The notes beneath the pieces are model-generated. The model was not told the DNA's origin and made no database searches. It worked only from the letters and a program-made list of their open reading frames with translations. This document shows, one piece after another, positions 28,580 to 38,520 of a stretch of 64,000 nucleotides of DNA. This DNA comes from an uncultured Acidobacteriota bacterium (GTDB lineage: Bacteria; Acidobacteriota; Thermoanaerobaculia; Multivoradales; UBA5704): contig CAVSXT010000003.1 of assembly GCA_963732005.1 (NCBI GenBank), positions 330,130 through 394,129 of the forward strand, given 5' to 3'. Made by a program: the position numbers and the translations under genes. Positions within the stretch are counted from its first letter, which is position 1, and every line of letters begins with the position of its first letter.

Positions 28580-29698
28580 GTGAAGAAACCCCGCGTGGCC
28601 GTCATCAGGACCAAGCCCGAAACCGTGCTCGAGGACGTCGGGCGGACGATGGAGATGGCCGACGTGCGCGCCCACCTCGCCGCCGGCGCCACCACCATCC
28701 TCAAGGACAACATTTCCTGGCACTTCCCGTTCCCCGGGGCCAACACCACTCCCTGGCAGCTCGAGGGGACGATCGTCAAGCTGCGGGAGATCGGCCTGGG
28801 CGACCAGGTCTGCGTGCAGAACAACACGGTGGTGACCGATCCCAAGAAAGGCGAGCGGCTCAACCGCTACCTGCCGGTGCTCGAGAAGTACGGCGTGCCG
28901 GTGCGTTACAACTGTTTCGCCGACGACCTGAAATGGGTGCGCTATCAGCCCCAGGGCCGCATGCTGGTGCTGCCGCGCATTTATCCCGAGGGCATCACCA
29001 TCCCCGAGTTCTTCCTCGGCAAGAACATCGTCCACCTGCCAACGGTCAAGTGCCACATCTACACCACCACGACGGGAGCGATGAAGAACGCTTTCGGCGG
29101 CCTGCTCAACACGCGGCGGCACTACACCCACTCGTGGATCCACGAGACGCTGGTCGACCTGCTCACCATCCAGAAGGAGATCCATAGCGGCATCTTCGCG
29201 GTCAAGGATGGCACCACCTGCGGCAATGGCCCGGGGCCGCGCACCATGATCCCGGTGGAGAAGGACCTGCTGCTCGCCTCCGGCGATCAGGTGGCGATCG
29301 ACGCCGTGGCGGCCAAGCTGATGGGTTTCGATCCGATGTCGATCAAATACATCCGTCTGGCTCACGAGGCCGGGCTGGGGGTGGGCGATCCGCGCGACAT
29401 CGAGGTGGTCGGCGAGGACATCTCCGGCATGAACTTCCACTTTTCGGTGGGCGACAACGCGGTTTCCCGTTTCGGCGACCTGGTCTGGTTCGGGCCGCTG
29501 CACGGCTTGCAGAAGCTCTTTTTCCGCACGCCGCTGGTCTATTTCTTCGTGTTCGGCTCGTACTTCTACCACGACTTCGCCTGGTATCCGACGATCGGCA
29601 AGCGGCGCACCGAGCGCTACAAGCGGACCAGCAAGTGGATGCGCCTCTTCGATCAATACCCGGAAGCGGCCGAGCTGGATCGGCGAGCGGCGGCCTGA
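28580..29698 (+). CDS. DUF362-domain protein.
   Basis: LPTVKCHIYTTTTGAMKNAFGG and TMIPVEKDLLLASGDQVAIDAVAAKLMGFDP resemble DUF362 conserved blocks. GTG start. Confidence 0.45.
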   Translation: MKKPRVAVIRTKPETVLEDVGRTMEMADVRAHLAAGATTILKDNISWHFPFPGANTTPWQLEGTIVKLREIGLGDQVCVQNNTVVTDPKKGERLNRYLPVLEKYGVPVRYNCFADDLKWVRYQPQGRMLVLPRIYPEGITIPEFFLGKNIVHLPTVKCHIYTTTTGAMKNAFGGLLNTRRHYTHSWIHETLVDLLTIQKEIHSGIFAVKDGTTCGNGPGPRTMIPVEKDLLLASGDQVAIDAVAAKLMGFDPMSIKYIRLAHEAGLGVGDPRDIEVVGEDISGMNFHFSVGDNAVSRFGDLVWFGPLHGLQKLFFRTPLVYFFVFGSYFYHDFAWYPTIGKRRTERYKRTSKWMRLFDQYPEAAELDRRAAA

Positions 29699-29856
29699 GC
29701 CCGCGCGAAGCCGGCGAGCCGGCGGCAGTGGCGCCGGCGGGGTCCGCGGCGGGAACGGCCGGCGCCCTGGAGCGCGGCGGGTCGACCGGTCTCGCGCCGG
29801 TTGCATCCGGGGACCGGGTGGGTGAGGCGTCGGCCGGACGAGGGTCGCCGGAGGCG

Positions 29857-30873
29857 ATGGCCATCGCGGCAGCGCCGGTGCCTGCGCCCGCCGATGCGGC
29901 GCTCTATCACCTCGGACGGCGCCTGCTGCCGGCCTTCGGGCTCGGCCTGCTGGTGCTGGCGGGCCTGCTGGGCGCTGCCAATCCAAGGCAGTTCCTCGTC
30001 CAGCTGCGCCGCTTCGACTTCGCGCTGCTGGCGCCGATCCTGGTCCTGTCGCTGGTCAACTATGCGCTGCGTTTCGTGCGCTGGGAGCTCTACCTGCGGG
30101 CGCTGGGCGCGGCGCTGCCGCGCGGCCGCAGCCTCGGCGTCTTCCTGGTCGGGTTCCTGCTCTCGGTGACCCCCGGCAAGGCCGGCGAGCTGGGCAAGGC
30201 GTGGCTGGTGCGGGAGCTGGGCGGCGGTCCGGCGTTGCGCGTGGCGCCGGCGGTGCTGGCCGAGCGGGTGACCGACCTGCTGGGCGTCCTGGCGCTGCTG
30301 GCGGTTGGCGCCCTGCCCTTCCCGGGCGGTCCATGGTGGGCGGCGCTGGGAGTCGCCGCGGTGGCGCTGGGCGCGGCGGTTTTCATGCGCGAGCGGTGGG
30401 CGGCCTGGCTCTTCGGCCGCCTGGAGCGCCTGCCGCTCGTCGGCCCGCGCGTCGCCGCCTTGGAGTCGGTGTACCAGGGGCTGCGCAGCCTGCTGTCGCC
30501 GGGTCTGCTGGGCATGGGGCTGCTGGTCGCGGTCCTCGCCTGGGGCGCGGAGGGGGTGGGTTTCGTAATCGCGGTGCGCGCCTATGCGCCCCGCGCCGGC
30601 TTCCTGGCAGGGGTCTTCGACTACACCGCCTCCACGGTCCTCGGCTCCGCTTCGATGCTTCCCGGCGGCCTCGGCGCCGCCGACGGCGCGCTCACGGCGC
30701 TGCTGCGAGCGCAGGGTCTGGATACCGCCCGCGCCACCCTGATCACCTTCATCATCCGCGGCGCCACCCTCTGGTTCGCGGTGCTGCTCGGCCTGCTGGC
30801 GCTGCCGGTGGTGGCGCACTGGCTGGCGCGGCGCCCTTCCCGGCGGGGGCAGTCCGCCGGCGCTGCCGGCTGA
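29857..30873 (+). CDS. Flippase-like domain protein (UPF0104 / lysylphosphatidylglycerol-synthase TM-region family).
   Basis: Polytopic, with VTPGKAGELGKAWLV and MLPGGLGAADGALTALL motifs. The start is chosen at MAIAAAP; an earlier GTG start is possible. Confidence 0.55.
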   Translation: MAIAAAPVPAPADAALYHLGRRLLPAFGLGLLVLAGLLGAANPRQFLVQLRRFDFALLAPILVLSLVNYALRFVRWELYLRALGAALPRGRSLGVFLVGFLLSVTPGKAGELGKAWLVRELGGGPALRVAPAVLAERVTDLLGVLALLAVGALPFPGGPWWAALGVAAVALGAAVFMRERWAAWLFGRLERLPLVGPRVAALESVYQGLRSLLSPGLLGMGLLVAVLAWGAEGVGFVIAVRAYAPRAGFLAGVFDYTASTVLGSASMLPGGLGAADGALTALLRAQGLDTARATLITFIIRGATLWFAVLLGLLALPVVAHWLARRPSRRGQSAGAAG

Positions 30874-30963
30874 GGGGGCGGCAAGCAAGCCGGCGCGGCA
30901 AGCGAGAGCGCGCCGATCGCTTGCTGGCATGGCTCCGCCATCTTTGGCGCCGGTTGCAACTCT

Positions 30964-33090
30964 GTGGCAGAGTCGATTTGGCCGATGGACAGATCACCCT
31001 CCGCGTCCGCGCCCACTGCTCCCGCGGGGAGCAAGGTGCCGCTCGTCCTGGTGCTCGGGGTGGCATTGGCGCTGCGCCTTGCGCACTGGGCGGCGGTGCG
31101 GCAGGCGCCCTTCGTCGGCCAGCTGGCGATGGACAGCTGGGAGTACGACCGTTGGGCGCGAGAGATTGCCGGCGGCGATTGGCTTGGGCACGCGCGCGGG
31201 GTCTTCTTCCAGGCCCCGCTCTATCCCTACCTGCTGGCGTTGCTGTACGTGGTTGCCGGCCCAAGTCTGGACGCCGCCTATCTCGTCCAGATCGGCTTGG
31301 CGGTGGCGGGTTGCTACGCGCTCTACCGTGCCGGCAGGGCGATGGCGGGTGAACGGGTCGGGCTTGCGGCGGCGGCGCTCGCCGGGGTTTATGGGCCGTT
31401 CCTGTTCTACGACGTCCAGCTGCTCAAGGAATCGCTCGCGGTCACCGTCGTCTGTTTCGTGCTGTGGGCGATGGCCTGGGCTGCTGACCCGGAGGCATCT
31501 GCCGGGGCTGGCGTCCCTCCCGCGTCGGAGGTTTCGTCCGAGGTGGGTTTGTCGGCCGGGCCGCGAGCTGCCTGGCCGCGAACTGCCTTGCCGCGAGCAG
31601 ATTTGCCGCGAACTGCGGGACGGTGGCTGCTGGTCGGGGTGCTGCTGGGGATCCTGGCGCTCTTGCGGGAGAACGCGCTGCTGGTCGTGCCCTTCCTGCT
31701 GCCGCTGGCATGGAGCGCGGCGCCGGGGCGGGCTTGCGGCCGGCCGGACGGTCAGCCGTCTGACGCCGCTGCGGCCGGGGCTGGGGTCGGGGAATCCGTC
31801 GTTCCGGCGGTCTCGCCGCGCCGAGCGAGATGGGTGGCCGGGGCCGGCAGGGCGGGCGCGCTGCTCGCGGGCGTCGTTCTGGTCTTGGCGCCGGTGGTGT
31901 TGCGCAATGGCTTGGTGGGAGGGGATTTCCTGCCCACCACCTTCCAGGGCGGGGTGAATTTCTACATCGGCAACAACCCGCGGGCCGACGGCACCTATCG
32001 GCCGATCGTGCCGGGCAAGCAGACGCCGGAGCTCGAACGGCGAGAGCCGGCGCGGATCGCCGAGCAGGAGCTGGGGCGCCGCCTTGGCGCGGCCGAGGTG
32101 TCGCGTTACTGGCTGGACCGTGCCCTCGCCTGGGCGCGGTCGCATCCGGGTGCGTTCGCGCGCCTGACCGTGCGCAAGGTAGGGCTATTCTGGAGCTGGT
32201 ACGAGTGGCCCGACGCGGTCGACTACTACGACCTCCGCGGCCAGTCGCCGGTATACCGCCTGCCGCTGCTCGAGTTCGGCGGCGTGACGCTGCTGGCCGC
32301 CATGGGCCTGGGCTTTCTTCGCGGAGGGCGGATGCGGCGGCTGGCGCCGGCGCTGGTGTTCGCCGGCGCCTGGATGGTCTCGACCGTCGCCTTCTTCCTG
32401 TTCGCGCGTTATCGCCTGCCGGCGGTGCCGGCGCTGCTCCTGCTGGCCGCCCTGCCGGCCGCCGCCCTGGTCGAGGCCGTCGAGGCCGTCGAGGCCTGGT
32501 GGCGGGGAAGGCGGGGAAACCCGGTGCCGGGCGACTCCGGAGCGATCCGCCGGCCCGCGGCGCGTGCCGTCGGCCTTGGGCTGGCGCTTGCCGCGGCGCT
32601 CGCTCTGCCCAGATTGGCCGACTTCGAGCCGCGCCTGGACCTGGTGCACTTCAACCGCGCCAGGCTTGCCGAAGAGCGGGGCGATACGGCTCTTGCCAGC
32701 CAGGAGTACGAGGCCACCCTGGCCGCGGCGCCTGACGCTTTCCTGGCCTGGCTGGATCTTGGCAACCTCGCCGCCCGGCGCCGGGATTGGCCGGCCGCCC
32801 TGCGCTGCTACCAGCGCGCGGCGGCGCTGGAGCCGGCGTCGGACGACGCCCAGAGCAACCTGGGAGGCGTGAACCTGGCGATGGGCGACCTGGCCGAGGC
32901 GGGCCGCCATCTGGACCGGGCGCTGGCGCTGAACCCGCGCAGCCTGCAGGCGCTGCAGAACGACGCCCTCCTGCGTCTGCGGCAAGGTGACCTGGCGGCG
33001 GCGCGAGATCTCAACCGCCGTGCGCTCGAGATCGATCCCACGAACCCCGCCGCTCAGCGCCTCCGCGCCCGGCTCATGGAGCCACGGTGA
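30964..33090 (+). CDS. ArnT/PMT_2-like GT-C glycosyltransferase with C-terminal TPR repeats.
   Basis: N-terminal polytopic domain with a loop DSWEYDRWAREIAGG. The C-terminal region of about 200 aa has 4-5 TPR-like repeats (AWLDLGNLAARRRDWPAALRCYQRAAALEP ...). Confidence 0.6.
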   Translation: MAESIWPMDRSPSASAPTAPAGSKVPLVLVLGVALALRLAHWAAVRQAPFVGQLAMDSWEYDRWAREIAGGDWLGHARGVFFQAPLYPYLLALLYVVAGPSLDAAYLVQIGLAVAGCYALYRAGRAMAGERVGLAAAALAGVYGPFLFYDVQLLKESLAVTVVCFVLWAMAWAADPEASAGAGVPPASEVSSEVGLSAGPRAAWPRTALPRADLPRTAGRWLLVGVLLGILALLRENALLVVPFLLPLAWSAAPGRACGRPDGQPSDAAAAGAGVGESVVPAVSPRRARWVAGAGRAGALLAGVVLVLAPVVLRNGLVGGDFLPTTFQGGVNFYIGNNPRADGTYRPIVPGKQTPELERREPARIAEQELGRRLGAAEVSRYWLDRALAWARSHPGAFARLTVRKVGLFWSWYEWPDAVDYYDLRGQSPVYRLPLLEFGGVTLLAAMGLGFLRGGRMRRLAPALVFAGAWMVSTVAFFLFARYRLPAVPALLLLAALPAAALVEAVEAVEAWWRGRRGNPVPGDSGAIRRPAARAVGLGLALAAALALPRLADFEPRLDLVHFNRARLAEERGDTALASQEYEATLAAAPDAFLAWLDLGNLAARRRDWPAALRCYQRAAALEPASDDAQSNLGGVNLAMGDLAEAGRHLDRALALNPRSLQALQNDALLRLRQGDLAAARDLNRRALEIDPTNPAAQRLRARLMEPR

Positions 33091-33215
33091 CCCGACGCAG
33101 CGGTCCTTGTGGCGACCCCTGCCAGCGGCATTGGCCCCGGGTTCGCGGCTTAGGGGGTTTAGCGGTTTAGGGGCCGCCTCGTGAGGCCGCGGTGGCCGCG
33201 TGCTAGCATCCGCCG

Positions 33216-33923
33216 GTGCCCCTCGCCGACCCGCCGCCGCGGCGCCAGCCGACCTCGGTGGAAACCGATGACTATTTCGATCGCGAGTACTTCCAGCTTC
33301 ATCCCGGCAAGCGCAGATACCTGCAATACCTGATCGATCTGCTGCGAGCTCACGGTGTCGCAGATGGCCGGGTTCTGGATGTCGGCTCCGGCTTCGGATT
33401 CTTTCTCGAAGCTCTGGAGCAGGCCGGCTACGAGCCCTACGGTTTGGAGCTTTCGCCCGAGGCCGTCGCCGCCGCCCGCCAGCGCACCACCGCGCCGATC
33501 GCCACCGGCGGCGCCGAGGATCCGTTCCCTTTCCCCGACGCCCATTTCGCCGCCATCACCCTGCTGGACGTGATCGAGCACCTGGATCGCTACCCCGACA
33601 CCCTGGCGAGCTGCCGCCGCACCCTGGCGCCCGGAGGCAAGCTGATCGTCATCACCCTCAACGCCGGCAGCCTCGCTCGACCCCTCCTGGGCCGCCGCTG
33701 GAGCTTCCACCTCGATCCCACCCACATCCACATGTTCTCCGCCACCCGCCTGCGCCAGGCCCTGCAAGCCGCCGGCCTGGTGCCCGAAACCCTCACCACG
33801 ATCTCCAACTTCTGCAACGTGGGGGAGGGCAATCCAATGCTGAAGCCCCTGCGGCGGATCGGCCGCGTCGTCACCACCCCCTATCTGGGAGACTCCCTGC
33901 TGGCAGTGGCAAGGCGTGGCTGA
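33216..33923 (+). CDS. Class I SAM-dependent methyltransferase.
   Basis: Motif I VLDVGSGFGFF; post-I acidic LEL; GGKLIVITLN. Confidence 0.75.
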   Translation: MPLADPPPRRQPTSVETDDYFDREYFQLHPGKRRYLQYLIDLLRAHGVADGRVLDVGSGFGFFLEALEQAGYEPYGLELSPEAVAAARQRTTAPIATGGAEDPFPFPDAHFAAITLLDVIEHLDRYPDTLASCRRTLAPGGKLIVITLNAGSLARPLLGRRWSFHLDPTHIHMFSATRLRQALQAAGLVPETLTTISNFCNVGEGNPMLKPLRRIGRVVTTPYLGDSLLAVARRG

Positions 33924-34364
33924 CAATCACGGCACCACGTAACTCCAGTAAAAATTAGTTAAAGTCAACGTGCGATCTAGTCCGGTCTGGCTAAATTCGA
34001 GCTGGGCTTTCATGCGCGCGATGGCGGCCCCCGCAGTCGCGTTCGCTGAGGACCTGAGAGCGGGCCGTGGGCGTGTTCACCCAGCTCTTCTGGCGGTTGA
34101 GGCGGCGGTGGCCGCTGCCAGCGTGGTGAGGGCAGCCGTGGTCCTTGCAGGCGCGCGTTCCCGCACGGCCTGCACCTGAGCCGGTCTACGCCGCGTGCAG
34201 CACCTTGGTGGGATATCTGCCCCTGAGGATGTCAGCCTTTGGGAGTCACCCACGCGGCCGGTAGGGCGACGCGGCACGCCAAGGAAAAGGGATGGCTAAC
34301 GCTCCTATATGGATTTGTACAGCAACGAAGAGGACCTTTACTCGCCCGGCCGCCACCGGTCGAA

Positions 34365-34388
34365 TCCGGGGCCGCACCACATCCCGCC
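34365..34388 (+). other. tRNA 3'-end-like fragment (T-loop plus acceptor 3' strand plus CCA-like): GGTCGAATCCGGGGCCGCACCA, with no upstream cloverleaf. Possible att-site remnant at the island edge.
   Basis: The sequence resembles GGTTCGAATCC-acceptor-NCCA. No D-arm or anticodon arm was found in the preceding 80 nt. Confidence 0.3.
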
Positions 34389-34474
34389 CTCTGCCGCCAT
34401 GGAAACTCCGAACAGACGGCCTCGGGATTACGCGGGATTCGACATTTGGACAGGAGGGTGCGGCCGCGAATTCC

Positions 34475-34642
34475 CTAGATGTGGATGACCTCTGACCTGA
34501 CGACGTGCTCGAACTGTGTCGTGCAGATGCACGGGGACGTCAGGGTCGCACCTCCCGCAACTTGGTTTATCTGCCGTGATCCCAGACGGAGCAGGGTCTC
34601 TTTGCCGATCCTCAGCTTCTTCACCTCGGTCATCTTCTTCAT
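34475..34642 (-). CDS. Small peptide gene (55 aa) resembling a RiPP/bacteriocin precursor with a double-glycine-type leader.
   Basis: The AAGGAGA RBS lies 7 nt before the ATG. MKKMTEVKKLRIGKETLLRLGSRQINQVAGG|ATLTSPCICTTQFEHVVRSEVIHI: a charged leader ending in GG, then a Thr/Ser/Cys-rich core. The locus reads as lower GC than its surroundings. Confidence 0.45.
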   Translation of the reverse strand: MKKMTEVKKLRIGKETLLRLGSRQINQVAGGATLTSPCICTTQFEHVVRSEVIHI

Positions 34643-35016
34643 CTCGGTTCTCCTTTCCTGGACCACTGTTGTAGACCAGAGAATAACGCCTACGTAAGTA
34701 ATGGTGCGCGAAATCGCGCGAATAGGACGAGGCCGATGCCGCTGGCGCCTCCCAGGAAGCTGACGCCCGCACCGCGCGGGTCTTGCTGTCGGGCAGCTTC
34801 AGGGTGCCGGTTTCGAGATCGACATCCTGCCAGCGCAGGCCAAGGACCTCGTCGCGGTGCGCGCCGGTCAGCAGCAGGAGCCGGATTGCTAGAACGGTGG
34901 CGGGGTCCTCGGCGTGTTCCTGCTCGGCGGCCGGTGCTCAAGCGGGGCAGCTCAAGGTGCCGCCGCGCGCTCGCGGGCAGCACCCGGCGGCGGATGCGAG
35001 TCAGCGGCTCAGTGAA

Positions 35017-35370
35017 TCAGAGGGGCAGGCAGTTGCACTTCGTGGTATGGGTGGCGGAGCAGGTGCCCTGGGGAATGCAGCGCCCCGCGGCGCAACCGCC
35101 CAGCTCGGGACTGCCGGCACACGTGCCGCTGCACGGGCCGCAGGTCCCGCCCAGCTCGGTGGACAGCGACAGCATCGGCAGCAGCGACGCATCCGAGCAA
35201 GCGCCGGCCGCCGGCGACATCTGCGACATCGAAGCCGTGGGAGCCGCCGGTGTTAGCGACACCAGAACCGGAGCCGCCGTGGCGGCGGGAGCGTCAGCGG
35301 CGAAAGCGAAGGCGGGAACCAGCAGCGCGCCGACCAGCATCACCAGGATCGAAACCTTGACTTTCATCAT
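35017..35370 (-). CDS. Small secreted cysteine-rich protein (8 Cys in the C-terminal 45 aa). Paralog of 39926..40293.
   Basis: Strong AGGAGGTG RBS. Signal peptide MKVKVSILVMLVGALLVPAFAFA. C-terminus GGTCGPCSGTCAGSPELGGCAAGRCIPQGTCSATHTTKCNCLPL. Confidence 0.6.
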   Translation of the reverse strand: MMKVKVSILVMLVGALLVPAFAFAADAPAATAAPVLVSLTPAAPTASMSQMSPAAGACSDASLLPMLSLSTELGGTCGPCSGTCAGSPELGGCAAGRCIPQGTCSATHTTKCNCLPL

Positions 35371-36229
35371 TCACCTCCTTGGTAAGCATCTACAACTATC
35401 TGTGCGCGCTGCACCTGGCGCGGGGCACCCGCCGCCGCGCTGTCACCTGGCATCGTTTCGCCGCGGTGGAACGCGGCGGCGGCGGCGCGGCGTCCTCGAC
35501 GGCTGGCCGGCAGGGCGTAATCCGGGTCGCCCTGCCAGGGCTCCAGCGATTCGAGCCACCCATGGGTGAAGACGGCCATGAACTCGTCGCCTTCCTCGCC
35601 CAGCTGCTACCCGACGGCGCCCAACCGACACAACTCCTCCGGCGTGACCGGAGCGAGCCCGCGCGCGGCGCGCGGCGGTGAGACCTTCCAGCGCCGTTTC
35701 TCGCGTCGAAGACAAGGAGAGCTTGCGGCACCGCCGGTGCGTGCCGACTTCGGCCGGGAGGGATCGAATGCTCCGGAAGCTGATCTGGGCTGCCACGGCG
35801 GCCGCCGTCCTCTTGTCCGCGGAGGCCGCTCGGGCCGAGGAATCGAGTTGGGATTCGTTCGTGTGCGGATTCCGACGAAGCCGGCCACCCATTCCGATCG
35901 AAGCCGGCCACCCTGTCGGAGCGTAGCGACGAGTGGGGCTCATGGTTGATCGAAGTGGCCGCCTTGGCCACTGGTGGCGCCTGTGGAGTCTGTCATGTTT
36001 CTTCTTCCCTTCCTGGGGGTATGTGACCTCGTCGCCGCGGCTGTGCGTAGCTGTGGAAATCCCGGGGGTGGGTGAGTGGCGGGCAGGGATTTCCAACGGG
36101 TGTGGAAAGGTCCGGGGAGGCGGGTGGGTGGTGGCCCGGAGCTTTCCATACCCGGGCAGATTCCACAGCCGGGGTGGGGGGCTTGCAGGGTGGGGGGTAG
36201 GCGCCGGCGGCGCGCCGCGACCGGGACCT

Positions 36230-36985
36230 TCATGATGGGCTCTCCGCCGGCGGGACGAGCGCGTTGTGCTTGCGCCGCGACTCGCCTTTGAGCTTGAGCT
36301 GGTAGGCGTTGTGGACCAGCCGATCGAGCAGGGCGTCCGCCAGCGTGGCGTCGCCGATCGCGTCGTGCCAGGTGTCGACGGGGAGCTGGCTGGTCACCAC
36401 CGTGGAGCGGCAGCCGTAGCGGTCTTCCATGATCTCCAGCAGGTCCCGGCGCTGAGCATCGCCCAGCGGATGCATGCCCCAATCGTCGAGGACCAGCACC
36501 TCAATGCGAGCCAGGTTCACCAGCAGCTTCGAGTACCGTCCGTCCGCCTTGGCGGTGCCCAGCTCGGACAGCAGGCGCGGCACGCGGTGATACGCGGCGG
36601 TGAAGCCTTCACGACATGCTTTCTGCGCCAGCGCGCAGGCCAAGAAGCTCTTGCCGGCGCCGGTCGGTCCGGTGATCAGGACGTTGAGGCGTTGGGAGAC
36701 CCACTGGCACGAGCACAGCGACAGGAAGAGCGACCGATCCAGTCCGCGGGGCATGCGCAGATCCACGTCCTCGACCGCGGCGGCCTGGCGCAATCTCGCC
36801 TTGGCGAGCCGGTCCTTCAGCCGGCGATTCTCGCGCTCCGTCATCTCGCGATCCACCAGCAGGCCCAGGCGCTCGGCGAAGCCGAGCTCATCGAGGCCGC
36901 TCATCTGCAGCTGCTCCTCGAGGCCTTTGAGCATGCCGGTCAGCCGCAGCGCTTGGAGCTTCTCCAGCGTCGGATGGGTCAGCAT
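36230..36985 (-). CDS. istB: IS21-family helper ATPase IstB.
   Basis: Walker A GPTGAGKSFLACALA; Walker B VLVLDDWG. 251 aa. Confidence 0.9.
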   Translation of the reverse strand: MLTHPTLEKLQALRLTGMLKGLEEQLQMSGLDELGFAERLGLLVDREMTERENRRLKDRLAKARLRQAAAVEDVDLRMPRGLDRSLFLSLCSCQWVSQRLNVLITGPTGAGKSFLACALAQKACREGFTAAYHRVPRLLSELGTAKADGRYSKLLVNLARIEVLVLDDWGMHPLGDAQRRDLLEIMEDRYGCRSTVVTSQLPVDTWHDAIGDATLADALLDRLVHNAYQLKLKGESRRKHNALVPPAESPS

Positions 36986-38520
36986 GGCTTGCCCTCCTCG
37001 CGGTAGTACGAGGCGCCGCGAAGATTCTCATGGGCGAGCGGCCGCGCCGCCAGCAGCTCGGTGTCCGGCTCCGGCTGACGATCCAGCCCCACCAGCAGGA
37101 TCGAGCGCACGCTGCGGTACGAGGCGGCGCCGACCTGCAGGGCGCGCTGGCAGGCCGCATCGAGCCGCTCGCCGCCGTAGCGCTGACTCAGGCGCATGAT
37201 CCCCAGGCACGAGCGGAAGCCCTGCTGCGGATGGACCCGCGTCGCCATCACCGTTGCGATGAGACCGGCCACCGAAGGGCCGGCTTGCTGTGCCCAGCGC
37301 ACCAGCCGCTCGGGCGTCCACTCCGCATACGCCCGATGGGCCTGCGGCATGTGCTCGTCCTGCGTCGTGTGCGCTCCGCGACGAAAGCTGCGCAGGTGGC
37401 TCGCCACGCGCTTGCTCTTCGCGAAGCACTCCACAGTCTTGGCGCTCACCCGGACGTCGAGCTGCTGGCTCACCAGCTGGTAGGGCACGCTGTAGTAGTG
37501 GCCGTCGACCTCGACGTGGTAGTCGATGTGGACTCGCGCTTTCTTCCACTCCGCGTATGTGAAGCGCTCCTCGGGCAGCGGTCGCAGAGCCGGCCGCTCG
37601 AGACTCTCGAACAGCGACCGGCGCGAGCCTGGCAGCTTGCGGAAGGGCCGGTCGTTCAACGGGCCGAGAAGCTCCCGGATCGCCTGGTTGAGCTCGGCGA
37701 GCGAGAAAAACTGCCGATGCCGCAGCCGGGCCAGGATCCATCGCTGCACGAGCTGCACGCCCGACTCGACCTTGGCCTTGTCCCGGGGCTTGCGCACCCG
37801 CGCTGGCATCACCGCGACACCGTAGTGCACCGCCAGATCCTGGTAGGTCGGGTTGAGCTCCGGCTCGTAGCGACAGGCGCGAGTGACGCCGCTGCGAAGA
37901 TTGTCCGGGATCACCAGCTCGGTGAGGCCGCCGCCGAATTCGAAGGCCCGTACGTGCGAGCCGATCCAGTCGGCAAGACCCTGGCTCCACGTCGCCTCCG
38001 CGAAGGTGTAGCTGCTCGCGCCCCACACCGCCACGAAGACCTGCGCCTCCCGCACTTCCCCGGTCCCAGCGTCCACCACCGGCACCGTCGCGCCGCAGTA
38101 GTCCACGAACAGCTTCTCGCCGGGCCGGTGCACCTGGCGCATGCACAGGTCCAGCTTCCCCCGCCAGGCCCCGTACAGCTCGCAGAAACGGCTGTACTGG
38201 TAACCGCCCGGCTGCCGCTCCCGGTACTCCTGCCAGACCAGGCTCAGCGTCACGTCCTTGAGCTTCAGCTCGTCATGCACCTGCACCCAGTCCACGGCCG
38301 GTCGCTCGCGCCGCGGCGGCCGCCACGCCGGCGGATAGAGCCGTCGCTCGAGCTCCTCGCCACTCCACCTCTCCCACCCCGCTTCCAGCACGCCAGCCCT
38401 CTGCGCTCGCTCCAGGTACTCCGCGACGCTCGCCCTCCCGACACCGCACACCCGACTGGCCTGCCGCTGGCTCAAACCGCACACCAGAAGCAGCCGCAAC
38501 ACCTCCTGAATTTTCCTCAT
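36979..38520 (-). CDS. istA: IS21-family transposase IstA.
   Basis: N-terminal HTH (MRKIQEVLRLLLVCGLSQRQASRVCGVGRASVAEYL) and an integrase-like catalytic core. Overlaps the istB start. Confidence 0.85.
   Translation of the reverse strand: MRKIQEVLRLLLVCGLSQRQASRVCGVGRASVAEYLERAQRAGVLEAGWERWSGEELERRLYPPAWRPPRRERPAVDWVQVHDELKLKDVTLSLVWQEYRERQPGGYQYSRFCELYGAWRGKLDLCMRQVHRPGEKLFVDYCGATVPVVDAGTGEVREAQVFVAVWGASSYTFAEATWSQGLADWIGSHVRAFEFGGGLTELVIPDNLRSGVTRACRYEPELNPTYQDLAVHYGVAVMPARVRKPRDKAKVESGVQLVQRWILARLRHRQFFSLAELNQAIRELLGPLNDRPFRKLPGSRRSLFESLERPALRPLPEERFTYAEWKKARVHIDYHVEVDGHYYSVPYQLVSQQLDVRVSAKTVECFAKSKRVASHLRSFRRGAHTTQDEHMPQAHRAYAEWTPERLVRWAQQAGPSVAGLIATVMATRVHPQQGFRSCLGIMRLSQRYGGERLDAACQRALQVGAASYRSVRSILLVGLDRQPEPDTELLAARPLAHENLRGASYYREEGKPC

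Noticed and set aside
33095-33215. GC-rich hairpin-like sequence (GGCCGCCTCGTGAGGCCGCGG) after the ArnT-like gene, as a possible terminator.
   Set aside because: The stem is imperfect and there is no U-tract. It cannot be distinguished from random GC-rich palindromes.
34400-34470. tmRNA-like string GGGATTCGACATTTGGACAGG.
   Set aside because: There is only a short resemblance to the tmRNA 5' end (GGGGCUGAUUCUGGAUUCGACGGG). It lacks the GGGG start, the tag ORF and a 3' tRNA-like end.
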